A stretch of DNA of 59,270 nt, the filler included, from Sphacelaria rigidula (Eukaryota): the NCBI GenBank assembly GCA_964200075.2. It is 6 parts of 6 records of this genome, joined end to end, with 100 filler letters (N's around TTAATTAATTAA, not from the genome) between each part and the next. Parts side by side here need not be neighbours in the genome. Positions count along the whole stretch, not along the records: positions 19,792 to 29,586 come from CAXNAA020007747.1; positions 29,687 to 39,481 come from CAXNAA020007748.1; 4 more parts are not named here. One strand, written 5' to 3'. Made by a program: the position numbers and the translations under genes. Shown piece by piece: positions 24,691 to 36,075 of this stretch. The first letter of the stretch is position 1. Each line of letters opens with the position of its first letter. The notes beneath the pieces were generated by a model. It saw only the letters and a program-made list of their open reading frames with translations. It was not told where the DNA came from and searched no databases.

Positions 24691-24813
24691 CTCGCGGCTT
24701 GTTCGGCGGTCGATGGACTTTTCTCATTTTGGCAGGCGTCGGGCGAGATATCATGGAGATGATGTCAAAAGGCGTCTTACAATGAAAAGTAAATAACAAT
24801 GTTTTCCGGAAAC

Positions 24814-25405
24814 TCAGGACTTGCGCTCGAAGCGTTTCTCGGTGACCCGATCGTTTCTCATGTCTCCCTGTCGCGTATACCCGAACTCGTCAAATCCACC
24901 CCCCGGTTTCCGGACTTTAGTATACTCCAGGACCTGAAAACTTCCCAGTTTCAAGCTTCCGGTGGACGCAGATATTTCGTCCGGAATAATGCTGGTGGAG
25001 AACATGTCATCGATATCTGCTCCCAAGAGCCCCATCAACGACGTGAAGGGTGAACGAGATGACGATGGTCTCGCGGGGCTGAGGAGCGATCCAAGATTTC
25101 CGAGTGCACCAAGAGCACCGAACGGCTGGAAAGATTGGAAGGGTCTCGTTATGTATGACGGTTTCGATGCCAATCGACTTGTCATACTCTTTCCTGGCAT
25201 CGAGATTCGTGAGAGTGTCCCTTGCGCTTTTGAAGAAGCGGATCAACTCGTTTTTCTCCGCGTTTCTTTTGTCCAATTCTCTTGCTTCGTTTACTAGCTT
25301 ACGCGTCTTCCTCCTGATTTTGTCGGTGGGAGCGTCGGCGGTCTCGCCGATCGTGTCGTACAGAGTCGTTGTGTTTCCCATGACCGGATGTTGCTTCAGC
25401 AACAT
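24814..25405 (-). pseudogene. J-domain (DnaJ-like) protein lacking HPD, one frameshift near 25150
   Basis: TLYDTIGETADAPTDKIRRKTRKL...FFKSARDTLTNLDARKEYD follows the J-domain helix pattern; the C-terminus continues in the 24814-25200 frame. Confidence 0.75.
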
Positions 25406-25437
25406 TTTATTTTTATAATCTTTCTAGACTTCAAAAA

Positions 25438-27316
25438 ATGAAATCAGTCGCTTCCAAGGCGATCGGCGCCGTCGCTACGACTGTGGCAACACGATTGGCA
25501 TCCGAGGTCGTCAACGGCGGCATCGATTTCGTGGAAGAGAAGGAAGGCGTAAAGACAAAGATTGTCACGTGCGTAAAGACAAAGATTGTCACGTGCGCAA
25601 AGACAAAGATTGTCACGTGTTCAATCGTCCTCGCAGTTATTCTTCTCGTCATATTTATTGTTGGCAGAGTTCAAAGGAAAAGAATGATCACGTTGTGCGA
25701 CGACGCTGTGCGGGAAATTCAATCGATGGTGCGCAGCAACGACAGCCGTCTTTTTCGATTTTTGCGTCTTTACATGATGATGAGACGCGGTGACAACAAT
25801 ATTTATCAAGTTTTGGATGCCAAAGATCTTTTGACAAAACCTGTCGTGTTTACAGCATGGGAAACAGGAAGGGTTGACATTCTACAGAACTGTATTCGAT
25901 GGGGAATTTCGATCGGAGTGGCAAAAGCGTGAAATCGGCCATACGTTCGGGAAGCCCCGAGACCCTCGACTTTTGCGTTAAACAGGGTGGGTCGGTGACT
26001 GCCTTGGCGAGACCGTATTGACATTGTACCACGAAAAATATGATGGAACATATTTGGATCACGTACAGGTGCAAGTTGTATGATAGAGACGCCGTTTTCC
26101 CAAGAGATCTTGACATTACAATGAGGTACATGGAGATGGGGGGGGCGGTGGTACAGATAGATGAAGAGTTGAACGACGAATGCCACAGAGAAGAGAATCG
26201 GCGTAGGTCGTGCTCACATGGGCAACAACGGACCGTACGAGAGCACCTTGGCCACTTGCTTGATGTCGTTACCAAAGAACCTCGTGAACCGGGTTTGCGA
26301 TTACATGTGACACTTCAACGCGTTTTTCGCTACAAAAATACTGCTCATGTTCAACAGTCGGTGGGATCGATGAACGTTCAAGAACTGAAGCGATGGCCGT
26401 ACCCCGAGCAAGAATTTCTGGTTCGAGGTTCTTTCGGCAATGTCAAAAGAGCACTCTATTGCGACACACCGGTCGCCGTCAAGGAACTTCTCACGGGCAA
26501 AGACCAGATGCCCGAAGTTCATCGACGGGCAAAGGCGGAACTCTTGGAAGAAATCGATATTCTAATGAAGTTTTGGCATCCAAACAGTGTGTGTATGATC
26601 GCGCACGACTCGCGGTACATCGTTACGGAAACGTTCAAAGGCAACGCCAAGAAACTGAAATCTTTGGGCGAGGTCGCCGTCGTTGGGAGGGGCTGTATGC
26701 GAGACATTGCGTACATGCACTTGCACGGCATGTGTGTCGTCCACGGCGACATCAAGCCGGACAATATCCTCGTGAACACCGATGCTTACGGAACCATCAC
26801 GAAGGTCGCTATTGGTGACGTGGGTTTGGCGCGTTCGTGTGCAAAGTACATGCAGAAAAAGGATTCAGCGGAACTCCAGGATACATGCCAATGCCGAATC
26901 CCGTCGTCGACAGCACCCATGACATCTACGCGCTGGGCGTGAGTCTACTGGACGCGTTTCTGTGGTCAAACCCGGAAGCTGTTCACGCGAGGAGCGATGA
27001 GCACGGTTTGGAAGACAATACTATGGCCACCTTGTCACAGTTCCCTGACCAAGCGTGTCAAAAGGTCATTTCGGACATGCTCATGGTGTACAGGAATGGC
27101 GCCGTGAAGAATAACGCAAGAAAAAAAGGAGACTTCATTCGATACATCATCGTGCAGTGGCAAAACATCGTCAACGGTAGCAACGTCGCTGCTCCCAAGA
27201 TACCATCATATTCCACAGATCAAACGGGCAGCATATCTGCTCCACCGACGGCCATGTCACTGGAGACGTCGTCTTCTCCTCTGACTGCAATGTCTTTTCA
27301 ATCGACGAACATTTGA
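25438..27316 (+). pseudogene. Transmembrane-ankyrin-like-Ser/Thr protein kinase, frameshifted
   Basis: TM SIVLAVILLVIFIVG; ankyrin-like VFTAWETGRVDILQNCIRWG and SAIRSGSPETLDFCVKQG; kinase motifs GSFGNV, VAVK, HGDIKPDN, DVG, then (frameshift near 26860) GTPGYM and DIYALG. A single-gene model is inferred. Confidence 0.8.
25549..25619 (+). repeat. 24-bp in-frame tandem repeat x3 (VKTKIVTC)
   Basis: G(T/C)AAAGACAAAGATTGTCACGTG repeated three times. Confidence 0.95.
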
Positions 27317-27356
27317 CTGGATTTATTTTGTTTATCTTCAGAAAGCACGCACAACT

Positions 27357-28422
27357 ATGTCCATTGGAATTTTGGGCAAGGGGCAAATCGGTTCTTCTCT
27401 CCACAGGATGTACAAGTTGGCCGAGTTCACCGACGTCGTTGTGCGAGACCCTTTCCAAGGACTTGACTCATCCTTATCCGAATGTGAAATTGTAAATGTC
27501 TGCACCCCGTACTTTAACTACAACAGTTTTGCGAAAGTCTTGCGTGATCTTGAATTGCGAGATGACTCCGTGGTCATCATCCAGTCCACCGTCGGCATGG
27601 GGTGCACCGATCGCTTGCAGGCGACTGTTGCCGAGATAGCCCCCCCCCGAACCGGCCAAAAATTTACACGGAGGCGATGGTCATACATGCCGTCGGAGCT
27701 GGTTTAGTGCTGCACGACGCGACTCATTTAGGCGTTATAGCTAATTTCGGACTGCGACACGCCTCTCATGCGGACGAAAATGCTGCAAACGAGCCCAATA
27801 GTGGGATCGCAGCCGATTTGTCGGATAGTCTACGGTGCACTTGTTGTGGGGGGGCTATCTCGGCATGAGTCAGGCCGACTTGCCAAGTTTAGTGTGTGTG
27901 CAGTCACCTGTTCGCGGAGTGCACCCAAACTTGACCGAAGGGTTGCTCACTTTCGAGAAGTATGCCGGTCTGAGCGACCGATTCTTCCAAGACGAGTCGG
28001 TGAAATCACTTCTGATCCAACACGTCAAGTCTCTCAGGATGAAACCCGCCGTGTGTCGAGCGAAGGAATCGGAGCTGGCCGAAGTTGTCTCGACTACTCT
28101 GTATGGAGAAAACATTGCTGCCATAGCCGACGTGTCGAATCTGTGTGAGGACAACGGGGTTGACTTCGCAAAGGTCTTCACGAGGTGGCTGACGAGGTAC
28201 AACGTCGGTTATCGAGACCTCGGCAAACCCAATGTGTGCCGACCTGTGTTGACACCTATTCCTGAAAACGAGGACGGGCAGAAGCTAGTCGGTGGACACT
28301 GCGTTGTTCCGAACTGCATGATTTTGAAAGAACATATGGGAGAGACGAACCTTTCAGAGTTCGTTCTACGATACTTGGACACCAATAGCCCGACACACAA
28401 AACCAAGGCCGCTGACACTTAA
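27357..28422 (+). pseudogene. UDP-glucose/GDP-mannose dehydrogenase family protein (short form, 270 aa), interrupted by a MITE
   Basis: IGILGKGQIG Rossmann motif, VVIIQSTV, SPVRG, ESELA, VGGHCV; removing 27623-27875 restores a single 813-nt ORF (RLQA|DLPS). Confidence 0.9.
27623..27871. mobile_element. 249-bp MITE, subfamily A
   Basis: TIR GACT..TGCCGAGATAGCCCCCCC; 4-bp TSD AGGC (27619-27622/27872-27875); inverted copy at 58659-58907. Confidence 0.93.
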
Positions 28423-28426
28423 AAAA

Positions 28427-29518
28427 ATGTTTCACAGGAATAAGTGTTGCCTTGGCGATGATCATTCACGCGAAGAAAAACTTGTTGTTTGTGGCGCACA
28501 TCAAGTTTAATCTACTTTTGACTGTCCTCCTACTTATCTGGATTATGGGCACCTGGTCGTCGCGCTCTTTGCTGTCGGTGGACACGTGAGAGACCTCATC
28601 AACGTTTTTTTATCAAATATGTAACGAAAAAAAATCGTGAGAAGTCTTCCAGATATTCCCACCGAACAAGTCAGTACGATATGCTGCCTGGTACTCCTTC
28701 ACAACGAAGATGCCAGTTTGTTAAAAAAAACCTGGATGGTTTGACAACACAAAAACTTTCCACAAACACAATCGTACTGGCCGTTCTTCTGTTTGACGGA
28801 CTGGGTGACCATAACATTGAAGTCTATGACTCGGTGATCAACATCGTGGATTCTGGCACACATTCCCAGGAAGAGAGATGGTATCAGAACTGGAAGAGCA
28901 AGGAAGACACCAAGTTGTCGTACTTCGTCGGCACATACAACGACACGACCGTGATTCTCTCGCATAAGGGAAACACCTCGGGTAAGAAAGATTCCGTAAT
29001 TATGGGCGAGAAGTTTATCACAACCGGTATCCCGGATATCAGCTCGATCGACTTACCAAAAGTTGACTACATTTATCACACGAACGGCGACACTGCGTCG
29101 GACGAGAACTGTCTTAACCAAATGCTCAAGTCTCTTGTGAACGACGCTGAGAACACATCTGAAAGAGGACGCGTCGTGGACGGAACGTGGATTCGTGATG
29201 ATGCAGGATTTTCAGTACTTTTTCTCTTTGATCGTGAGGCGGATGACAGAAAGCCTATTAAACTCGACGACGTGTCTTCCAGGATGTTCCAACATGATCA
29301 GAATCGGTACACGCACCGATATCGCTATCGAAAAATATGGGAACCTGCCGACGAAAACAAGCAGTCTGCTCCAAACGGTCACGAGGATGCAGGGGACCGA
29401 TCGACGGTACACCACTCTTCTATTGAGACAAGGGGCAAACCTGCAGATGAATTTGCGCGCGTTTGTCCGCACTGAGCCACCGCCCAAGGCCAAGTCGTTC
29501 ATCAACCAGCGGCGGAGA
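28427..29518 (+). pseudogene. Chitin/hyaluronan-synthase-like processive glycosyltransferase (GT2), frameshifted and 3'-truncated
   Basis: N-terminal hydrophobic segments; ICCLVLLHNED, LFDG, HKGNTSGKKDS, YIYHTNGDT, QDFQYFFS, TTCLPGCSNMIR, QGTDRRYT, FINQRRR follow the chitin-synthase motif order. Confidence 0.88.
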
Positions 29519-29519
29519 A

Positions 29520-29586
29520 CAGTGTTCTCGTGAGATTGAGAGTAGATGATACGATTGAGAGTGAAAAGCGGTCAATCAGTGAATGA
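29520..29586. mobile_element. Terminus of hAT-like MITE truncating the GT2 gene
   Basis: CAGTGTTCTCGTGAGATTGAGAGTAG...ACGATTGAGAGTGAAAAGCGG matches the reverse complement of 51051-51117. Confidence 0.75.
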
Positions 29587-29686
29587 NNNNNNNNNNNNNN
29601 NNNNNNNNNNNNNNNNNNNNNNNNNNNNNNTTAATTAATTAANNNNNNNNNNNNNNNNNNNNNNNNNNNNNNNNNNNNNNNNNNNN
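29587..29686. other. Artificial contig spacer
   Basis: Same linker. Confidence 0.98.
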
Positions 29687-30479
29687 CCGTCTCGAAAGGG
29701 ATGCGTGGTCAATGGTTGCACGACTAAGGAAAGCAACAAATGAGTACCCCCCCTCCCCCCCCCCGTCCCACTCGCGACCCCGTCCTCTCTGTCTGCCCTT
29801 ATTTTTCATTTGCTCCAGTTGAGGACGGCGGCTTGGTCGGGTGACTCCTTCGAGGGGCCGATTTTGACACTCCAGTTCTCCTCGGCCACGTGCGCGACTC
29901 GAGCGCTGTCTTTTGCATCGTGCATACCGAGAACCCTCTGGTGAGGGAGATGCAGAGTGTTTCCTAGGAAAAAATGTGCCTTGCGAGCCCTCAAATCAGC
30001 ACCTGCGGCGCCGATTTTGGACTGGAAACAAGTGAAATCAAGTACTAAACATTGTTGACGAACATATCTTCAGGTCTAATGGGGGTGGGGGCATGTTTGC
30101 CGTCCAGCCGAAAAGCTCCACACGTCGGACGAATCACTACTCGTCGAAACAAGTGCACTCGTGCATGTTTTTTTATAACACAACGGGCATGACTCGTGTG
30201 CTCGAGTCATTACTTTTTTCCACAACGAGCAACGACTCGAGTGCTCGCCCTTATATACAAATTTTCCACGACGAATGATGACTCGAGTGCTCGACCAGTG
30301 GCCCCTTTTGAGACCCACCCCCCACCTACACGACAGAGGGATCACGATGTGTTAGAAAAACGATAAAAATAAGTCAGGGAGCGACCTGCTCAATCACAGC
30401 GAGGCAAATTTCATCGACCAGACCCGAACGACCAGCACGGGCACTGTTGCCGAGTGTCATGTCACTGCAAAGATCGTGT

Positions 30480-30720
30480 GGGGGCTGTGTATCGGCAGCT
30501 GATCTCGTCGCTGAGAACTGCCCAGAACGTGCAACGGAGGATGCAGCGGCAGCTGCTGCTGCAGTCGGAGAGGCGTACTACACTGTACTGTACTGTACAT
30601 GTGTGCGCCGCAACGCCGATACGCTTCGAAGAGAATTTGTCGCATGCAACAAAGAGGGCAATGGCGGCCCACTCCCACCACGAAGAGCTGAGTCGCAAGG
30701 TGATGGGGACAGCAATATCG
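30480..30720 (+). repeat. Dispersed repeat, inverted copy at about 36590-36815
   Basis: AGAACTGCCCAGAAC, ATGCAGCGGCAGCTGCTG, GCAAGGTGATGGGGACA blocks are shared. Confidence 0.8.
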
Positions 30721-30822
30721 TCAGGAGTCGGGGCAACTGAAAACTCTGAGAAAAACGCTCTCGATCGAAAATGAAAAGTTGAAATTTTTACGATCATGAA
30801 CATGACTGAATCTACCATGATT

Positions 30823-32345
30823 CAAGCTGGTTCACGAAAAAAAAAAAAAACATCGGCAAAACTTCACGCCGTTTCAAGGAGTTGGACCCTGAAATTTTGC
30901 ACAGGTGTTCTATAGGTCCTTACGTGACATTCCTCGGTCAAGGTTCACTTTCCCCTACTTTTTTTTTACTTTTCCAACGTTTTTCCGGGGTCCCAGCTTT
31001 TCCGGGGAAACTTCGATCCGGTTGGACCCCCGTAAAACCGTGAGAAAGTGAAAACAAAATACAAATCTTCGTCCATCCAAAATTGCGCGATGATCCACAG
31101 CACAGTTGTGCAAATTTTTACGGTCTAACTCCTTAGAACGGCGTGAGGTTTTTCTCGTTTGTGTGATAGAACTTTCCGTGCCACGGTGAAACGGCAAACA
31201 ACTAGGTTCTAGTACAAAAATGGCGTTTTTCGGCCTTCTTTGGTGTGAACATGACAATTCGAGCACCAGTTAATCGAGTTTGGTCACGAAACTTCGTGGG
31301 CTTCTTTCTTGGGTATTGCGGCGACAGAGCGTTTGCGCAAACCTGAAAAATAAAAACGTAGTGCCGGTTTTCTGGGGTCCCAAAATGGACGACTTCGAAT
31401 AAACGACTTGGATCCCGTCGGACCCCGAAAAACGGTGAAAAAAAACAAGAACTAGAAAAACCTCGTAGATCGAAACTTGCCTAATGATTCATAGCACATT
31501 TGTGCAAAGGTTCAGGTTCTAACTCCTAATAAATGCGTGACGATTAGCGCCCTTGTGCGAGGATGTGAGCTTCAAACGTGCAAACTCCCAACTACTTGGT
31601 TTGAGTATAAAAACATCTTTTAGGCTACATTTTGCTGAAAACACTTGTATGAGATTTTCGAGTTTCTCACCCAAACTTCGTACATGTGTTCGTTCGACCA
31701 TTCCGGGACGCTTCATGTCATCATTTTTTCTCTCGAGTCGATCTGCACCGGCTTCCGGGGGTCCCAGTTCAAAGACCCCCGGAAGCCGGTCGAGAACGGA
31801 GAAACTTTGGACCCTTGCCACGAGCACAACTTCTGTTTATGGAGCATCAATACCTACTGAACTGCCAAGTTTGAGGATGATCTGAGCTTTCTTTCGACAG
31901 ATAAAAGGGAAATCGTCACGATGCTCTTCCTGCGTCTTTCCTGCGTATCATGAGGGGAAATTAGACGACGCCAAACTCCACATCATCGAAACGTCACGGT
32001 TTCGGGTATACTTCGACCCCGTTGGAACTGTTTTGAAATCCGTGTCTCCCTTTAAATTCTTGACGTGATGGCGGTCACTACGAGTTGAATCATGTGGAGA
32101 TTCGGTGGAAATTGGGCTTGGAATTCGTATTTTCAATTTCGGAACAGTTTGAAAGGCGCTGATTGGTCGAGACACATTTTTGTCCTTAGCGCCACCGCAA
32201 AAGCTTCAAACGACAATCCGTCTATGTCACCCTGTTCGTCTTTTCATTGCGGTCAGTATGATACCATGTATGCGACCATTGGGTGCGTATTGCAGAAGGC
32301 ATTTGCTGATGACAGAAGCTGGGTTTTTTCGATGAAACCTCTCTG
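30823..32345 (-). mobile_element. About 1.5-kb non-autonomous Tc1/mariner-type element (copy 1)
   Basis: Reverse-complement colinear with 34602-36075; degenerate CA(A/G)GCTGGTTCAC terminus. Confidence 0.75.
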
Positions 32346-32558
32346 TAGTGGGACAGAGAAGGTGTGCCGCGCGCAGGTGCAGCGTGGCAAAGCACGGTCT
32401 TGCAGCATAACACCACACGAAGTTCGTGTAGTTTCTGGGTGCAGCAGTACCGGATCTTGAAGCAGCCGTCGATTGCGGGCAACTGTTCCAACCAAGTGCA
32501 CGGGGCCCCACCGGCTCCAGGCAAGGCCCCACCCTTCCGGTTGTAGAGAAAGCTCACT

Positions 32559-32832
32559 CTGGGTGAGGCCTGGGCGCCATACGCCTGTGGTTAGGTGGGT
32601 TTAACCCATATGCCACGGAAAATTTCCATAGTATGTACTGTAAAATAAGGGGCTTGAGCAACTGCAGGCCAGGAGCCATATATCTTGCACAAGCTCATTT
32701 CATTACGGAAGAGGCCTGGAGAGGAGGTACCCCAGTTTCCGGGGGGGGGGGAGGGCACACTATGGAAATTTTCCGTCGCATATGGGTTGAACCCACCTGA
32801 CCACAGGCGTATGGCGCCCAGGCCTCAACCAG
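32559..32832. mobile_element. MITE with about 70-bp near-perfect TIRs
   Basis: GAGGCCTGGGCGCCATACGCCTGTGG...AAATTTCCATAGT inverted at 32759-32826. Confidence 0.85.
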
Positions 32833-34601
32833 GGGGGGGAGCACCTTCTGGATACCATGGATAATGGCGACAGTGCGTACTATATAGTATCAACAGTACA
32901 GTGCAGTCAGCTTCAGTAAGTTGAAGGTTTCTTGAGCACCGCACAGAAGCCGAGTCAAGATGCGAACACGATCGGAGAGCCAGAGCATTTTGTAACGATC
33001 TGACGGGCACTCTCTTCCTTCGTGCACTTTTTCGGGTTTTTACCCATTCCGGGTTTCCACTCAAGCTCAGAGGAAAACTTCACATGCCCGCCACCACTAT
33101 TTCAGCAACGCCTTAGCGACACAATCCGTTTTTTGCTCCTGTGCGCTGTGCGGCATCACAACGAGAACTGGGTATGTATACAGTACGGCTGCCCGGGGGC
33201 AAGTGAAGGTCATCACCCATCGTAGTCATAGCGATATCAGAACAATTTTATACCGGTTGGTATTACAGGATGTATCTCACATCTACCGTAAACACTACAG
33301 CGCTCACCTCTAAGATAGTAGGTGCACTACAGGCTGGGCCGCCTAAGAAGCGGACTTTCCTTCAGCCGGTTCTAACTGCCGACCTATCGCGAGTTGTGCC
33401 TACTAGGACACATCGTGGTAATCTGCAGATCAACGCGCGTCCTTCACTTCACGTAGCACTGCGATCTGACCACTTTTCATCAAAAGAAATACCAAACTGT
33501 AGTCGGCTGCGAAGTGTAGAGAGTTGAGGGTGGCAAGTGCGGCGGGATTAGGGGAAAACAACGGCTGAAATCTCACTCACGACCGCGGTCAGTTGTACCA
33601 CGGCCGCAAAGTGATGGTGCTGCACTAGTTATGGTTGTACAACACTGCGTTTCGTACTGTACGCGCGCAGGGTCTGAGAAGGTACGCAGACGACACCTCC
33701 AGCGCCCCAACGCGTCAGGCTTGAAGAAACCGTTAAACGTTCCGGCTGAGGTTGTTGTAATCTTGAAGCGAGTGAACCGGTTCTCGACAAGAAAAACGCG
33801 ATTTCATTCCTCAACTTCAAGTCGTCTTCTATGAAATTCTGACACGATATACATGTGGTGTATGTCAAGCCCCTATGGTGTGCCCCTCTTTTTTTCCCTT
33901 CGCGAGTTTAGTGGTGATCTAAATTTTGGAACAACTTTTCCTGGTACGAGAGCGTCGACAACTCATTGGAAAACAAATGTCAAGGGGGAACAATACGAAA
34001 TTCACGACATACCTCATGCGCATCGTGTCGAAATTTGGGCATTGGCACATCCCTGGTACATTTAGGCATGTGACGTACAGCAGGATGGACCATTGACCCA
34101 TAGAGCAGAGGGCTTCGTTTGGGTACGATGTTTTAGCCGTGTCCCGCGGGATATATGCAATCATGTCTTACAGATTTGAACACCTTGCAGTACAGGTATT
34201 AGTGTGGTGCTGTATTCGTGCACAGGGTGTGATGAGCAGTTTGCATGTCGTCAGTGGTACGGCGGTCTGCCGACGATAGATACTTGCACTGCGACGAATG
34301 CGGCGGCGCAAGGGAGATGATGAATGGTATCGATCCCAACACCGCTGGTCAGACGCCATCGCTTGCCTGTGTGTTACTCGGGCGATGCGTTGCGGGACGA
34401 AGCGTCGACAGTGAACCACTGAGAGTCGCCTACGGGGAATGCAGGGCAAGAAACTGCGAGGTTTGGTCCGTCATCGGTTTCATCTGCTCCACGTTGCACG
34501 AGGGACTGTCTGAAGCACTCGCAAACAAGCCCGCGGCTGCAATGTCATGACCCTCGTGAAGTTGGGCAAAGGTGGTGCTTGACGTACGTTATGAATCTGT
34601 A

Positions 34602-36075
34602 CAGGCTGGTTCACGCGTATCACCCAAAATTGTGTCATCAGCAAATGCCTTTTCTTTCGCAATACCTACCCAGTAGTCGCATACATGGTACCATACTGAC
34701 CGCCATGGACAGCTGGAGAGCGTGACATAGCCGGATTTATGTGTAACGCTATACTGGTAGCGCTGAGAACGAAAAGGTATATCGACCAATCAGCGCCCGT
34801 CAAATTGTTCCGATATCGAGATTATGAATTCCAAGCCCAGTTTTCACACAATCTCCAAATGCTTCAAATCGTAGTAGCCGTCATCGGCTCGGGAATCCAA
34901 CAAAAGAAATATATTTCAAAACGGTCACTACGGGGGTTGAATTTCACCCGAAATATCATAGTTTCGGTGATGTGGAGTGTTCGCGTCGTCTAATTTCGAT
35001 CAATGATACGTACGAAAAAAGCAGGGAGCCTCGTGACGGTGTTTCCTATATCTGTTGTAGAAAATCTCAGATCGCCCTCAAACTTGGCAGTTTCGTAGGT
35101 ATTGATGCTTCAAATGGCAGAATTGAATCCTTGACAATATTTCATATTGTCTCCGTTCTCGACCCCCGCAAGGCGGTACAGAATTCCCTAGGAGAAAAAT
35201 AATAAAATCATGCGATACGGGATAGTCCAAGGAGCACATGTACATAGTTTGGTGGACAAAGTCGAGAATCTGATACAGTTTTTCTCGCCTTGACGTAAAT
35301 TTCACCCCAAAAGACGTTGATATACTAAAACCAAGTGGTTGGGAGTTGCACGTTTCAAGCCCATGTCCTCCACCAACACGCAAACCTTGACGCCGTTATA
35401 AGGAGTTACATTCTGAAACTTTGCACAAATATGTTTTATATCATTACGCTACTTTTTACGGACGATTGTTTGTCTTCTTCAGTTTTTCACCATTTTCCGG
35501 GGATCCAACGGGATCCAAGTGGTTTTCCGAAGTAGTCTCCGTTACGGGACCCCGGAAATATGCAGTACGATATATTTTCTTCATTTTTTCGTGAACGAGC
35601 TGTCGCTGCATAACCCATAGAAGGGCCGCAGAAAATTTCGTCGCAAAACATGATCACATTGTGCTTGAATTTTCATATTCACGTCAAAGAAGGCCCAAAA
35701 ACGTCGTTTTCGTGCTAAAATCAAGGAGTTTGCGGTTTCACGGCGGCAGGTCAACGTTTATCGCACAAAAAGCGAATCACCCCGTTTTGAGGAGTTAGAC
35801 ACTGAAATGTTGCACAGCTGTACTATGGATCAAAACGCAACTTTCTGAAGGTTTCTTGATTCTTTCTTTACCGTTTTACGGGGGTCCGATTGGATAGATG
35901 CTCCCCGGAAAAACTGGGACCCGCGAAAAAAGTAGAAAAAAGTAGAAAAGTCCAATGATCTCGACCTGCGAAACTTGCGTGATGCCCCATGGAACTTCTT
36001 GTGTCTGGAGGTCCTTGAAACGGCGTGAGGTTTTGCTGATGAGTGTTTTTTGGGTGATAAGCCTGAACCAGCCTG
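34602..36075 (+). mobile_element. About 1.5-kb non-autonomous Tc1/mariner-type element (copy 2)
   Basis: TA-CAGGCTGGTTCACGCGTATCACCCAAAA ... TTTTGGGTGATAAGCCTGAACCAGCCTG TIRs; no coding capacity seen. Confidence 0.8.

Larger units (their letters stand above)
24814..29518. mobile_element. Endogenous giant-virus-like (NCLDV, probably Phaeovirus) segment, decayed
   Basis: Four intronless genes packed 4-40 bp apart, with A-rich starts (AAAATG/AAAAAATG) and a 32-bp AT-rich divergent intergenic gap, unlike the intron-rich host genes; gene families match those reported for phaeoviruses. Confidence 0.8.

Noticed and set aside
24814-29518. Bacterial contaminant operon
   Set aside because: Contains host MITEs found in other contigs, has many frameshifts, lacks Shine-Dalgarno motifs and shares a contig with host SINEs.
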